Positions 44,278-56,400 of a DNA stretch of 64,000 bases are shown one piece after another. Position 1 is the first letter of the stretch; each line of letters opens with the position of its first letter. Both the position numbers and the translations under genes were made by a program. Origin of the DNA: Octopus bimaculoides (taxonomy: Eukaryota); the NCBI RefSeq assembly GCF_001194135.2, contig NC_068990.1, positions 55,381,370 to 55,445,369 of the forward strand, written 5' to 3'. The notes beneath the pieces were generated by a model. That model made no database searches. It saw nothing but the letters and a program-made list of their open reading frames with translations, and had not been told where the DNA came from.

Positions 44278-45405
44278 GTATAAATCGGGATAACACCTGT
44301 GCCCAGTGTCGCCTTTCTGGCACTTGTGCCCGTGACATGTGTAAGGATTTTCGAGCAAGATCGCTGCCAGTGCCCCTGGACTGGCTCTTGTGCAGGTGGC
44401 ACATAAAATACACCATTTTGAGCATGGCCATTGCCAGTACCGCCTGACTGGCCTTCGTAGGATTTTCGAGCGAGATCGTTGCCAGTGCCCCTGGACTGAC
44501 TCATGTGCGGGTGGTACATAAAATACACCATATTGAGCGTGACCGTTGCCAGTACCACCTGACTGGCCTTCGTGCGGGTGACACGTAAAAGCACCCACTA
44601 CACTCTCTGAGTGGTTGGCGTTAGGAAGGGCATTCAGCTGTAGAAACTCTGCCAAATTAGATTGGAGCCTGGTGTTGCCATCTGGTTTCACCAGTCCTCA
44701 GTCAAATCGTCCAACCCATGCTAGCATGGAAAGCGGATGTTAAACGATGATGATGATCATGATATATATATAATAAGTTAAAAACATAATAAGTGCACAA
44801 TCAAACGAGGAAACAGACATAGAAAGCCGCCAACTCTTTGTCAGTTATCAGCTAGATGGTCAAACACAATTTTGTGCCTCAACGATAAAGCACAAAATTG
44901 TGCTTGATCCCCTGACTGATCACTGATAAGGAACTGGCAGCCTGTTTCCTGTTTGTTTGTGCATTTATTATACGTTATTAACTTATTATTTAATGCAACG
45001 CTATGTACTGGCATAATTTTCGTTTACAAGCAAGTATATATATATATATATATATATATAATAATACAAAGAATATATATGCATGTATACACACATATAT
45101 GTACATACTTACATCTACATGTGTATATAGATGCATATCAGGGTACAGGATGTTAGAACAATGAACTACAGACAACGGAACGAACACATAGGAAAACAGA
45201 TAGCCACTTGGAATAATTCCTTCATCAGCTGCCTCTATTCTAACTAGACGTTTCGAAGATAAGGCAGAACGTACTCTAGAATAGTCTCTTCCTGAGTAGT
45301 GGATCAACCCACTAAACAGGATTCCAAGGTGGCAAACACAAACCAAGACAGGAAAAATTGGACAGTGAAAACAACATTAAAATGCCGTACGACCAAACGC
45401 AAATT

Positions 45406-45449
<44 letters not shown>

Positions 45450-48400
45450 TCATATATGTATGCTTATGTGTGTGTGTGTGTGTGTGTGTATTACTTTTTA
45501 CGTGACACCAGCACTGATACTTTTTACGTGAAACCACCACTAATGCTTTTTATATGGTATCATCAGCAGTGCTTTTTATGTGGTACCAGCACCAGTTGAT
45601 TTTTTATGTGGCACCAACACTGTCAGGGTCACCAAATACCTTGTAAGACAAAAATCCCTCACCTGGGATGTGGAGTAGTATTTAGTAGGTGTGGCCTTTG
45701 CCAGTTGAGAGATTTAAGGAATATCTCACAACTGGCACATATATAGTTGCTTATTTTTAGAATGACATTGACGACTAGGTTTGAGAAACCAGATCTGGTT
45801 GGTTTGAATTTAAATCATGGAGAATATTTGTGCCAGATATGGCCAGTTTAAATACTGGAAGGTTAAAGACCTTGGTGAAATTTAAACTCAAAATATAGGA
45901 TGGTCTGATTGAATATTATTGAGTGATATTATTTCATCATTATCACCTTCATCGCTTTAACATCCACTTTTCTATGCTTGCATGATGGTAATGCTTGCAT
46001 ACTACCATTTGGTATCAGAGCAAGGAGACAGTAACACACTTATGCATGTGTGTGTGTGTGTGTGTATATGATGGGCTTCTTTAAGTTTCCATCTACCAAA
46101 TTCACTCACAAGGCTTTGGTCAGTCTGGAGCTATAGTAGGAGACACTTAACCTGAGTACTGTGCCAGGGTATTGGACTTGAAACCCTGCAGTTTGGAAGC
46201 AAACTTCTTACCACACAGCCATGCCCATTCCTAAGTGCCTTTTTTTTACGAAATATATTTAATGGTATTGATTATCATATTCAATTTTATTCATTTTAAG
46301 AAACTGAAAACTACAAAATAAATGTTCCAAAACAGTCACTTTAGTATATTATGAAAAGTAATGTATTTTTCTTCTTTTTCTTTAAAATTTCTTTTATAGC
46401 AATTGTGAATTAGCATCAGCATCTCAACAGTTAAATAGACGAGATACAAAGATGGATGCAGCAGGTAGCAACAAATCGTATGATATTCGAATTGAAAATT
46501 TTGATGTGTCTTATGGAGAAAAGTTAGTATTTTACTTTATTTTTTTATTTACAGTGTAGTTTTCCCAGTTCATAATTGATTGAATGTAGTACAGTTAAAA
46601 CAAAGAAAAGATGTTTATAATTTATTCAAAATATCAGAATCATTGCTATTATAAATATGAATATCTTTTATGCTTGTGCAAGCATTTCAGGCCAAAAGGT
46701 TGAGAACATATATATTGATGTCCATTTGACATGAATATTATTTCAAAATACAGTGTAAAAGTGAAGTCAAATATTTGGAATAAGAAGTGCAGCTTTTATC
46801 CTGTATTGATATATACACCTTCTCCTTGACTTAGACCATCTGCACTTATGACCACAAAAAGTCGAACGCTTTGTAAAAGTTGAACATCTCATTCAAGATG
46901 CTGTGCGTTGTTATTGTAAGATATATGATGGAAAAAGAAGAAAACTATTCAAACAAAGCTCACCATGTTCCTTGAAAAACCATCAACCTCAACCTAAGAA
47001 CATGACTATGAAGATGAAAATCTATTTTCAATTGCACTTTTTTCACAAGAACAATTTTTTTATTGTATCATCATCATCATCATTGTCATTTAACGTTCGC
47101 TTTCCATGCTAGCATGGGTTGGATGATTTGACTGAGGACTGGTGAACCAGATGGCTACACCAGGCTCCAACCTGATTTGGCAATGTTTCTACAGCTGATT
47201 GCCCTTCCTAAGGTCAACCATTCCGAGAGTGTAGTGGGTGCTTTTACGTGCCACCGGCACGAAGGCCAGTCAGGAGGTACTAGCAACGGCCATGCTCGAA
47301 ATGGTGTATTTTACGTGCCACCTGCACAGGAGCAAGTCCAGCGACACTGGCAACAATCTCGCTCGAATGTCTTTTCACATGCCACCGGCACAAGTGCCAG
47401 GAAGGCGACGTTGGTAACGATCACGCTCAAATGGTGCTATTTACGTGCCATCGGCATGGAAGCCAGACAGCAGGTGCTCTGGCACCGATCACGCTCGGAC
47501 GGTTCTCTTAGTGATCTACTGGTACAGGTACCATCACGATTTCGCTTTCGCTTGCCCCAACAGGTCTTCGCAAGCCGAGTTTAGTGTTCAATGAAGAGAC
47601 GTTGGCATGGGTGCCCGTCTACAAATTTAGTTCGATTTCGATTTCACTTGCCTCAACAGGTCTTTGCAAGCGGAGTTTAGTCTCCAAAGAAGGAATGTTA
47701 TGCGTAAGTGGGCTGACTACATCCCTGGCAGAGGCCTTGAATTTAGGTCTCACTTGGCTTGCCATTAATTTTAGATTTTAGTTTTGTTTACAGTACAGTA
47801 GAGTACATATTATGTATTTTTCACATTATGTACAATAATCATAGATTAAATTTTTGTGTTTTATATTTTTATAACCTGTTTGAATGAAAATAGTGCTGAA
47901 AAATATAGATCCGACATATGACCAGATCGACTTAATACAATACTCATTTTCTTGACTATATCTTACATAAAATCTTGTTTTACTATCTGTTAATGAACAC
48001 TTTGTGACTTTCTTAACTCCATTATTATTGTTTAATAACAATTTCCATAGCACTTAGCTGAATATTATATATATGAATGTATAAGACACACTTGTTTTAG
48101 TCTTAAAATTATCAAATAAACTGCCATGTATCTATTATGATCATATTGCGGATGGGATACCAAGTGTATGATGAAATATATCAAATTTGTTTTGTCCACA
48201 AGAATGTAGGAGGTTTTGTCTTATGTATAAGTGCATCTTACACACTAACAAATATGGTAGATATTTGTTGCAACTCTTTCCAAAAGATCAAAGCTGTTTT
48301 GTTCATACATAAAGTCTAAATGATATTCCTCACAATATTATTATTTTACCCAATGAAAGACTTGTTTTATTTCTGAATGATATATTTTTGTACTTATATT

Positions 48401-50453
48401 TTGCAGGAGCCTCTTGATTGATGCTTCCATTCATTTAATATATGGTCGTCGATATGGTTTTGTTGGGCGTAATGGATTGGGAAAGACAACTGTGTTACAA
48501 ATGATATCTAGGTAAGTTAAATCTGACAGTTTTACACTTTTCCTCATTCATATAATTTCTGTTTTGTATGAATATATCTGGAATGTAGTCTTTATAAGAT
48601 ATTTAAACAAGAAAAGCAAAAACTTCCAAATGTGTTAATTCGCATTGTTATCTGTGATTAAAGCATGGGACAAAATACATAGCGGTATTTTTTTCCAGAT
48701 CTCTGTGCTCTTATTTCAAATATCTTACACAGATTTGTTTCTCATCCAGTACAGGGCTGTGGATTTGCAGAATTTTTAGAACTTTAGACGAAGTACCTTA
48801 TAGTGTTTATTCTGATTCTTTACTTTCAGAGTTCTTGGGTGGTAGATGTAATCTCTAATAAATTTGGTCCTTGGGCGCTCTCAATAGTGTTCACTCTATT
48901 GTAAACATTTAAATCAGGTCTCTTGTTTGATTATAATTTCCTCTCTTCTTTCTGTTAGTTTTAAAGGCCCTGAAAAATAAATGGTCATGAGCATTATCCT
49001 TCTCCCAGTAAGTGGTTAAAAAAGTGTTCCAATGTTTGCTTTAGACGTAATGTATTTAAGACTATATTTTCCAGTGTACCCTATCCCCATGTTTTTCTGA
49101 GATTGTAATGTATGACTAGGGCTGTTTCTAGCAAGTCTAGCTGCTGTGTTAAGATTTTGTGTAAAGTTTGACTTCAGCTTTGGTGTTTGTAAATTACTGT
49201 ACATTGTGAAAATAAATGAACACTTTTAAGCTAATTAATTAAAGAACTGGTCTCTGGATATTTATTCTTAGTGTAAAGCACTTATCCTTTCAACATTCAG
49301 ATTACTCTGTCAAATGTAATGCTTATTTATTCATATTGTTTTGAATTAATCATGCATTATCTCATAGCTTTGAAATTTCAAAATGATGTGATTGTTTATT
49401 CTTAGGATAATATTATAGGATCGGTATGAGAGGCCAAATTCGCCCAGTTTGAACTTAAAAGCAGTTAGAATATTTGGCCAGTTATTGTCAGTTTAAATGC
49501 TAAAGGGTTAATGTACTAAATCTGATGACAATATTCATTATAATATGTTAATATGGGTTTGTGTAAATTTCTCTTTTAGAATTTGTTTTAGAAGATTGGA
49601 GTCATGACATGTAAATAGTTTACAACTGCATTGTTCTACGGTTTTTATTTCATCCTTTTTATTTTCTCAGCGGTCAACTGAAGATCCCATCTCACATCAC
49701 AATTTTACATGTTGAACAAGAAGTTGTGGGTGATGAAACGTTAGCATTACAGAGTGTTTTAGAATCAGACCAAAGACGGGAGAACTTGTTAAAAGAAGAA
49801 AGGGATATTAACACACAGCTACAGGATAAGGAAGGGTATGTGATGCTAATTATTTTGTTTGTAATTCAGAGTAGAAGATGAGTTTTTGAGTTTGCATTCT
49901 TTCTAATAACAAAACCTCAGTAATTTTGCAAGACTCAAAAGAAGCCTGTTGTAACACCTGTTAAACATTTTGTCAACCCTTATGTTCTATGTTCAAATTC
50001 CGCCAACGTCAACTTTGCCTTTCATCCTTTAAGGAATCAATAGAATAAGTACCAGTTGAGTACTGGGGTTGATATAATTGACTTATCCCCTCCTCAGAAA
50101 TTGCTGGCCTTGTGCCAAAATTTGAAATCAATATATATTGAGTACAGAGTACACTGAATAACCAGCTGAAGGAGGCATCCTCTTGAGGTCACTAATTTTC
50201 TATATATATTGCTAGCTGAAGTGAATTACTGCTATGTCCAGTGGTCATCGGGGATGACCATAAAGAGGTCAAAACTATATAGTTGGTGGTCTCAGGACTA
50301 AAATAGTCAAGAGTTCTCTCCTTGCTTGCAATATATATTGAGTGCAGAGTGCACTGAATAACCAGCTGGAGCAGGCGTCCTCCTGGGGTTAAAACAGCTG
50401 TATTGTTGGTTCCTAGAGAACACTCATGTTTAGGTGGTGTTAAACACTATTTC

Positions 50454-50491
<38 letters not shown>

Positions 50492-53400
50492 TANNNNNNN
50501 NNNNNNNNNNNNNNNNNNNNNNNNNNNNNNNNNNNNNNNNNNNNNNNNNNNNNNNNNNNNNNNNNNNNNNNNNNNNNNNNNNNNNNNNNNNNNNNNNNNN
50601 NNNNNNNNNNNNNNNNNNNNNNNNNNNNNNNNNNNNNNNNNNNNNNNNNNNNNNNNNNNNNNNNNNNNNNNNNNNNNNNNNNNNNNNNNNNNNNNNNNNN
50701 NNNNNNNNNNNNNNNNNNNNNNNNNNNNNNNNNNNNNNNNNNNNNNNNNNNNNNNNNNNNNNNNNNNNNNNNNNNNNNNNNNNNNNNNNNNNNNNNNNNN
50801 NNNNNNNNNNNNNNNNNNNNNNNNNNNNNNNNNNNNNNNNNNNNNNNNNNNNNNNNNNNNNNNNNNNNNNNNNNNNNNNNNNNNNNNNNNNNNNNNNNNN
50901 NNNNNNNNNNNNNNNNNNNNNNNNNNNNNNNNNNNNNNNNNNNNNNNNNNNNNNNNNNNNNNNNNNNNNNNNNNNNNNNNNNNNNNNNNNNNNNNNNNNN
51001 NNNNNNNNNNNNNNNNNNNNNNNNNNNNNNNNNNNNNNNNNNNNNNNNNNNNNNNNNNNNNNNNNNNNNNNNNNNNNNNNNNNNNNNNNNNNNNNNNNNN
51101 NNNNNNNNNNNNNNNNNNNNNNNNNNNNNNNNNNNGTGTTTACGTCCCTGTAACTTAGCGGTTCGGCAAAAGAGACCGATAGAATAAGTACTAGGCTTAC
51201 AAAGAATAAGTCCTGGGGTCGATTTGCTCGACTAAAGGCGGTGCTCCAGCATGGCCACAGTCAATTGACTGAAACAAGTAAAAGAGTATTAAAACGATGA
51301 CAAGGGTGACCTCATTTGAGCACTAGTTATTTGTTTCTGTGCTGTTTTTCACATTTACTCTGATATACAAACACATCATTATTATCATTTCATGTCTACA
51401 ATCCAAGCTGGTATGGATTGAATGTATTGTCATGATCTGGGTCTGTACTTATTTAGAGTTAATACCCTCCTAGATGGAACAGAGGAGTTCCAAGGTTTTG
51501 AAGAGTATGGAACCACCTCTTAGCCACTGTTGTTTCCAGGTGTATTCTGAGTAGTTGCACCTGTAAGGGTCCTGCTATAGGTTGTTGATGTTGGCACTCC
51601 GTCGCTTACAACGTTGAGGGTTCCAGTTGATCCGATCAATGGAACAGCCGGCTCGTGAAATTAACGTGCAAGTGGCTGAGCACTCCACAGACACGTGTAC
51701 CCTTAACGTAGTTCTCGGGAATATTCAGCGTGACACGGTGTGACAAGGTTGGCCCTTTGAAATACAGGTGCAACAGAAACAGGAAGAAAGAGTGAGAGAA
51801 AGTTGTGGTGAAAGAGTACAGCAGGGTTCACCACCATCCCCTGCCGGAGCCTCGTGGAGCTTTAGGTGTTTTCGCTCAATAAACACTCACAATGCCCGGT
51901 CTGGGAATCGAAATCGCGATCCTATGACTGCAAGTCCACTGCCCTAACCACTGGGCCATTGCGCCTCCCCTGCTATAGGTTAACTAGCATGTAACCATTC
52001 AAGCCAGGGTGTGTTGTAATCATGGGATGCTGCATGGTCAATGAGAACTATTTCGGCAAATGAATCTTATTGAATTAATGGTGAATATCAGTAAATGCTG
52101 AGCAGATGAATAGCCAACAAACTATCAACAACCAGGATCAACCAGTTCAGTTAGTGAACTACTGCTATCATCTGTAGTCATGGCATGTGTAGATGAAATA
52201 TTTCAGCTAGGAAAAGACCAATGTAACTAAAACCCAGACCAGATGAGAATGCTTCATTGCTTGATCATGACATCTGGTGTGGAAGAGTTGGAATGGCCCA
52301 AGCAAGTCACCTGACCAGATGATGATGATGATGATACTTGGGGATCTCACTAATGCCAATACCAAGTGAAAAGTACACAGTACACTCTGTGAAGTGGTTG
52401 GCATTAGGAGAGACATCCTGTCGTAAAAACTATACCAAAGAAGAAATTTGAGCATCCTTTGGCCTATTGGCTCCTGTTGGATCAGCCAACCCATATCAGC
52501 TTGGAAAATGGGTGCTAGGCAATGATAAGGATGATGTTTTTGGTATGGTTTCTCTGGCTGGGTACTCTACCTAATGCCATCCCTTTAAGTGCACTGACTG
52601 CATTTTATCATAGCACCAAATCTAGAGTGCTTCCTTCCCATCCATGTCTCAGGTTCAGTCCCACTGTGTGACACCATGTACAAGTGTTTTTCACTATAGT
52701 CCTGAGCTGACCAGAGCCTTGTGAGTGGATTTGGTTGATGGAAACTCAAAGAAAGCTGTTATATATATGTGTGTGTGTGTTTGTACCCTTGTCTTGACAT
52801 CATGTGATTTTTTTTTTAACAAGCATCACCATCATGTAAGCATTATTTGTTTTCAGTCTTCTGTGAAAAACGTATCTGGACACGAAGAAATGCTATCTTA
52901 CTTAGAAACAGGTGAGGGTTGGCAACAGAAAGGGTAGCTGGCTGTAGAAAATCTGCCTCATGAAATTCTATCTGATCCATGCAAGTGTGGAAAAGTGGAT
53001 GTTCAATGATGATGTTGTCTTTCAGTAAAAAATGACTTTAAAATGTTAGGAAAATATTCATAGAGAGTTGGCTTGAATACTCGAAACCATCTTGACACAA
53101 GATATTACCATATTTCCTAACAAACAAGTTGACATAGTATATAGTGTAAACTTGTAGTGTACACATTCAAACATCATGGCTATCTTATTAAACCCTGCTG
53201 CATTTTGCATGGAATTGTCTTGATGTCTAAGCGGGCCTACCATTTTTGGCTGTAAATTTTGGTCTGAAAATTTTGACTTGTATATCAGAAAACATGGTAA
53301 TCTGATGAAAATAATTCTCAGTCTACAGCCTGTTTCATTTTGACTTAACGTTATTTAACCCTTTAGCATTCTGATTATTTTGTCAAATGTAATGCTTATT

Positions 53401-56400
53401 TATTCACATTGTTTTGAATTAATCATGCATTATCTTGTAGCTTTGCGATTTTGATTAGGTGACTGTATATTTTTTTAGACTAACATTGTTGGGTAGGTGT
53501 GAGAAGCTGGATCTGGCCAGTTTGAACATAAAACAAGAAGAATATTTTGGCTGGATATGGCTAGTTTAAATGCTAAAGGGTTAACCAGTAAATTTGAGAT
53601 TGCTTCATATCATCAATTGTATGTTTAACAAGTATCTTATTTTTCTCCTCCAGGAATGACAGCACCGATGTTCTTTCAGCTCGACTAAGTGAAATTTATC
53701 ACCAGTTAGAAGCAATTGATGCTGACAAAGCACCAGCGAAAGCTGCTGTTATTTTAGCTGGTTTAGGATTCACACCAAAGATGCAGGCAATGCACACAAG
53801 GTTTGTGTGAGGGAAAAGCTTTCCCTTAAATATATCTTTTATCTTTTTCCACCCATGCCAGCATAGAAGATGGACATTAAATGCTGATGATGATGGTTCA
53901 GTCATTTGACTGGTCGGCACCACCTTGAAGATTTTAGTTGAAAAAATCAACTCCAGTACTTAATTTATCTAAATCTGGTACTTATTTTATCTCCTTTTTG
54001 CTGAACTGCTGTTATGGGGATGTATACAAACCAACACCAATTGTCAAGTGGTGGTGGGAGAAGATACATGCACACACACCAACACACTCCCACACATATC
54101 TCTCTCTGTATATATGATGGTCTTCCACACAGCTTCTATCTACCAAATTCACTTACAAGGCATTGGTTGGCCTGAGGTTATAGTAGAAGATGCTCGCACT
54201 AAAGTGCTGCGCAGTGGGACTGAACCCAAAACCATGTGGTTGCAAGGTGAGCTTTTTAACCACACAGCCATGATGATATTAAAAATTATTAATTTTACTC
54301 CTCAGTAGTTATAGATGAGGATTTCCATTGAAAGGACTTGATAAAGTATTTCTGAAATAACTAAATAAATTTTGATATGTATTAAAAATTGTTGCTGTAG
54401 ATAAAATTGATTGATAGAGTACAGCTAATGTTCTGTTGGTTTATTGGAATTGGTCTGAAATTATATATTGTTTAAAAACCATGCCAAAACTGTCCTTGCC
54501 TCTGCTAGGGCCATGTAAAAAGCACTCAGTCCACTCTATGGGGTGGTTGGCGTCAGGAAGGATGTCCAGCCATAAAAAGCATACCAAAATAGATACACTA
54601 ACGTGGTGTAGTCTTCTGCCTGGCTGGGCTCCTGTCAATCCGTCCAACCCATGCCAGCTTGGAAGACGGACATTAAATGATGATGAATTGCAAGAATAAT
54701 ATATATGATTTTTTATTTTTTTCCTTTGTAGAGAATTCTCTGGTGGTTGGCGAATGAGATTAGCTCTTGCTAGGGCTCTGTTCTCAAAGTAAGTTTGATA
54801 TTTTTGTAATTATTTCATTCCTTATGCTTTTAGAATAGATACACTGTTTGTGTTCTTCAGTCAGTTTAAATGTAAGGGCTGCATGTTAGAATTTTAATGC
54901 AACTCTTATTTCTCCTTAGTTTTGCTCCATAGTGGCTCTTATTATCAGTTCCAAGCACCTTTTATTCCATTTTTCTGCTAGGGAGCTCCTTAGATATCCA
55001 AGCAACTAACACTAGAATTGTCTCCTCTGCTTCCATGTTCTTGTCGACATATCACACTGTATCTTTGCACATTGTTGGCACTCCGTCGCTTACGACGACA
55101 AGGGTTCCAGTTGATCCAATCAACGGAACAGCCTGCTCGTGAAATTAACGTGCAAGTGGCTGAGCACTCCACAGACACGTGTACCCTTAACGTAGTTATC
55201 GGGGATATTCAGCGTGACATAGTGTGACAAAGCTGACCCTTTGAATTACAGGTACAACGAAACAGGAAGTAAGAGTGAGAGAAAGTTGTGGTGAAAGAGT
55301 ACAGCAGGGTTCATCNNNNNNNNNNNNNNNNNNNNNNNNNNNNNNNNNNNNNNNNNNNNNNNNNNNNNNNNNNNNNNNNNNNNNNNNNNNNNNNNNNNNN
55401 NNNNNNNNNNNNNNNNNNNNNNNNNNNNNNNNNNNNNNNNNNNNNNNNNNNNNNNNNNNNNNNNNNNNNNNNNNNNNNNNNNNNNNNNNNNNNNNNNNNN
55501 NNNNNNNNNNNNNNNNNNNNNNNNNNNNNNNNNNNNNNNNNNNNNNNNNNNNNNNNNNNNNNNNNNNNNNNNNNNNNNNNNNNNNNNNNNNNNNNNNNNN
55601 NNNNNNNNNNNNNNNNNNNNNNNNNNNNNNNNNNNNNNNNNNNNNNNNNNNNNNNNNNNNNNNNNNNNNNNNNNNCCAGCATGGATAAACAAGACACAAA
55701 AATGATGCTGATCAGTTTATATTCTAAGCAATTTCTAGGAAATTACAAGCAAAAGCAGTTTGAATTTTTATTCTACTTTCTGAACTGTCTGAAGGAATAG
55801 ATTCTTCTGATGAATCAAAAAATTTGTTAAATGTGAACTGAGAAATTAGAGACTAGAATCAGATAAAGATTAGAAATAATGATAGACAATAAATGTTCAC
55901 AGTTTTAACTTGAATTTTTGAGAAATAATAAAATTTGATAATAATAGTGTTTTAATAATCATGTGAGGTATTGATTTTTTTTTTTTTTTTGGTAAATTTC
56001 TTTGGGAACAGCTCTTTAATTGTATTCATTTCATGAATGAATACAATTAAAGAGTTGTTACCATTTCACGAAAGTTGAATACAATATTTATGTAAATCAT
56101 ATTTAACTATATTCCATTTACCTGTTATCTTTATATTTCAAGTATTTATCTGTTATCTTTATATTTCAAGTATTTCTAATGTAAGAAACTACATTTCAAT
56201 TAATTTTGAAAACAATCAATAATCTGGATGGATTTAATAAAATAACAAACATTTCCATTATTAAGCTGCTATTTGGAATATAATGTAACAAAAGGTTCTT
56301 GCATTTTGTATTTTCTGGCATACAAGTTGACATAACATGTGTAACTATTCAAACATCATCACTTTCTTTCCAAATTATGCTGCATTTTGCATGGAATTTT

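Noticed and set aside
44300-44580. Regularly spaced palindromic repeats superficially like a CRISPR array
   Set aside because: The context is a eukaryotic intron, the spacers are themselves repeated, no cas genes are present, and the array lies within a retroelement tail.
47177-47781. 135-aa and 65-aa ORFs (and the 160-aa and 120-aa ORFs at 44209-44691)
   Set aside because: They are chance reading frames through GC-richer tandem repeats of the retroelement tail.
51890-51968. tRNA-like sequence with A and B boxes on the minus strand
   Set aside because: There is no closing acceptor stem, and it continues into a SINE body with a TSD, so it is a SINE head and not a tRNA gene.
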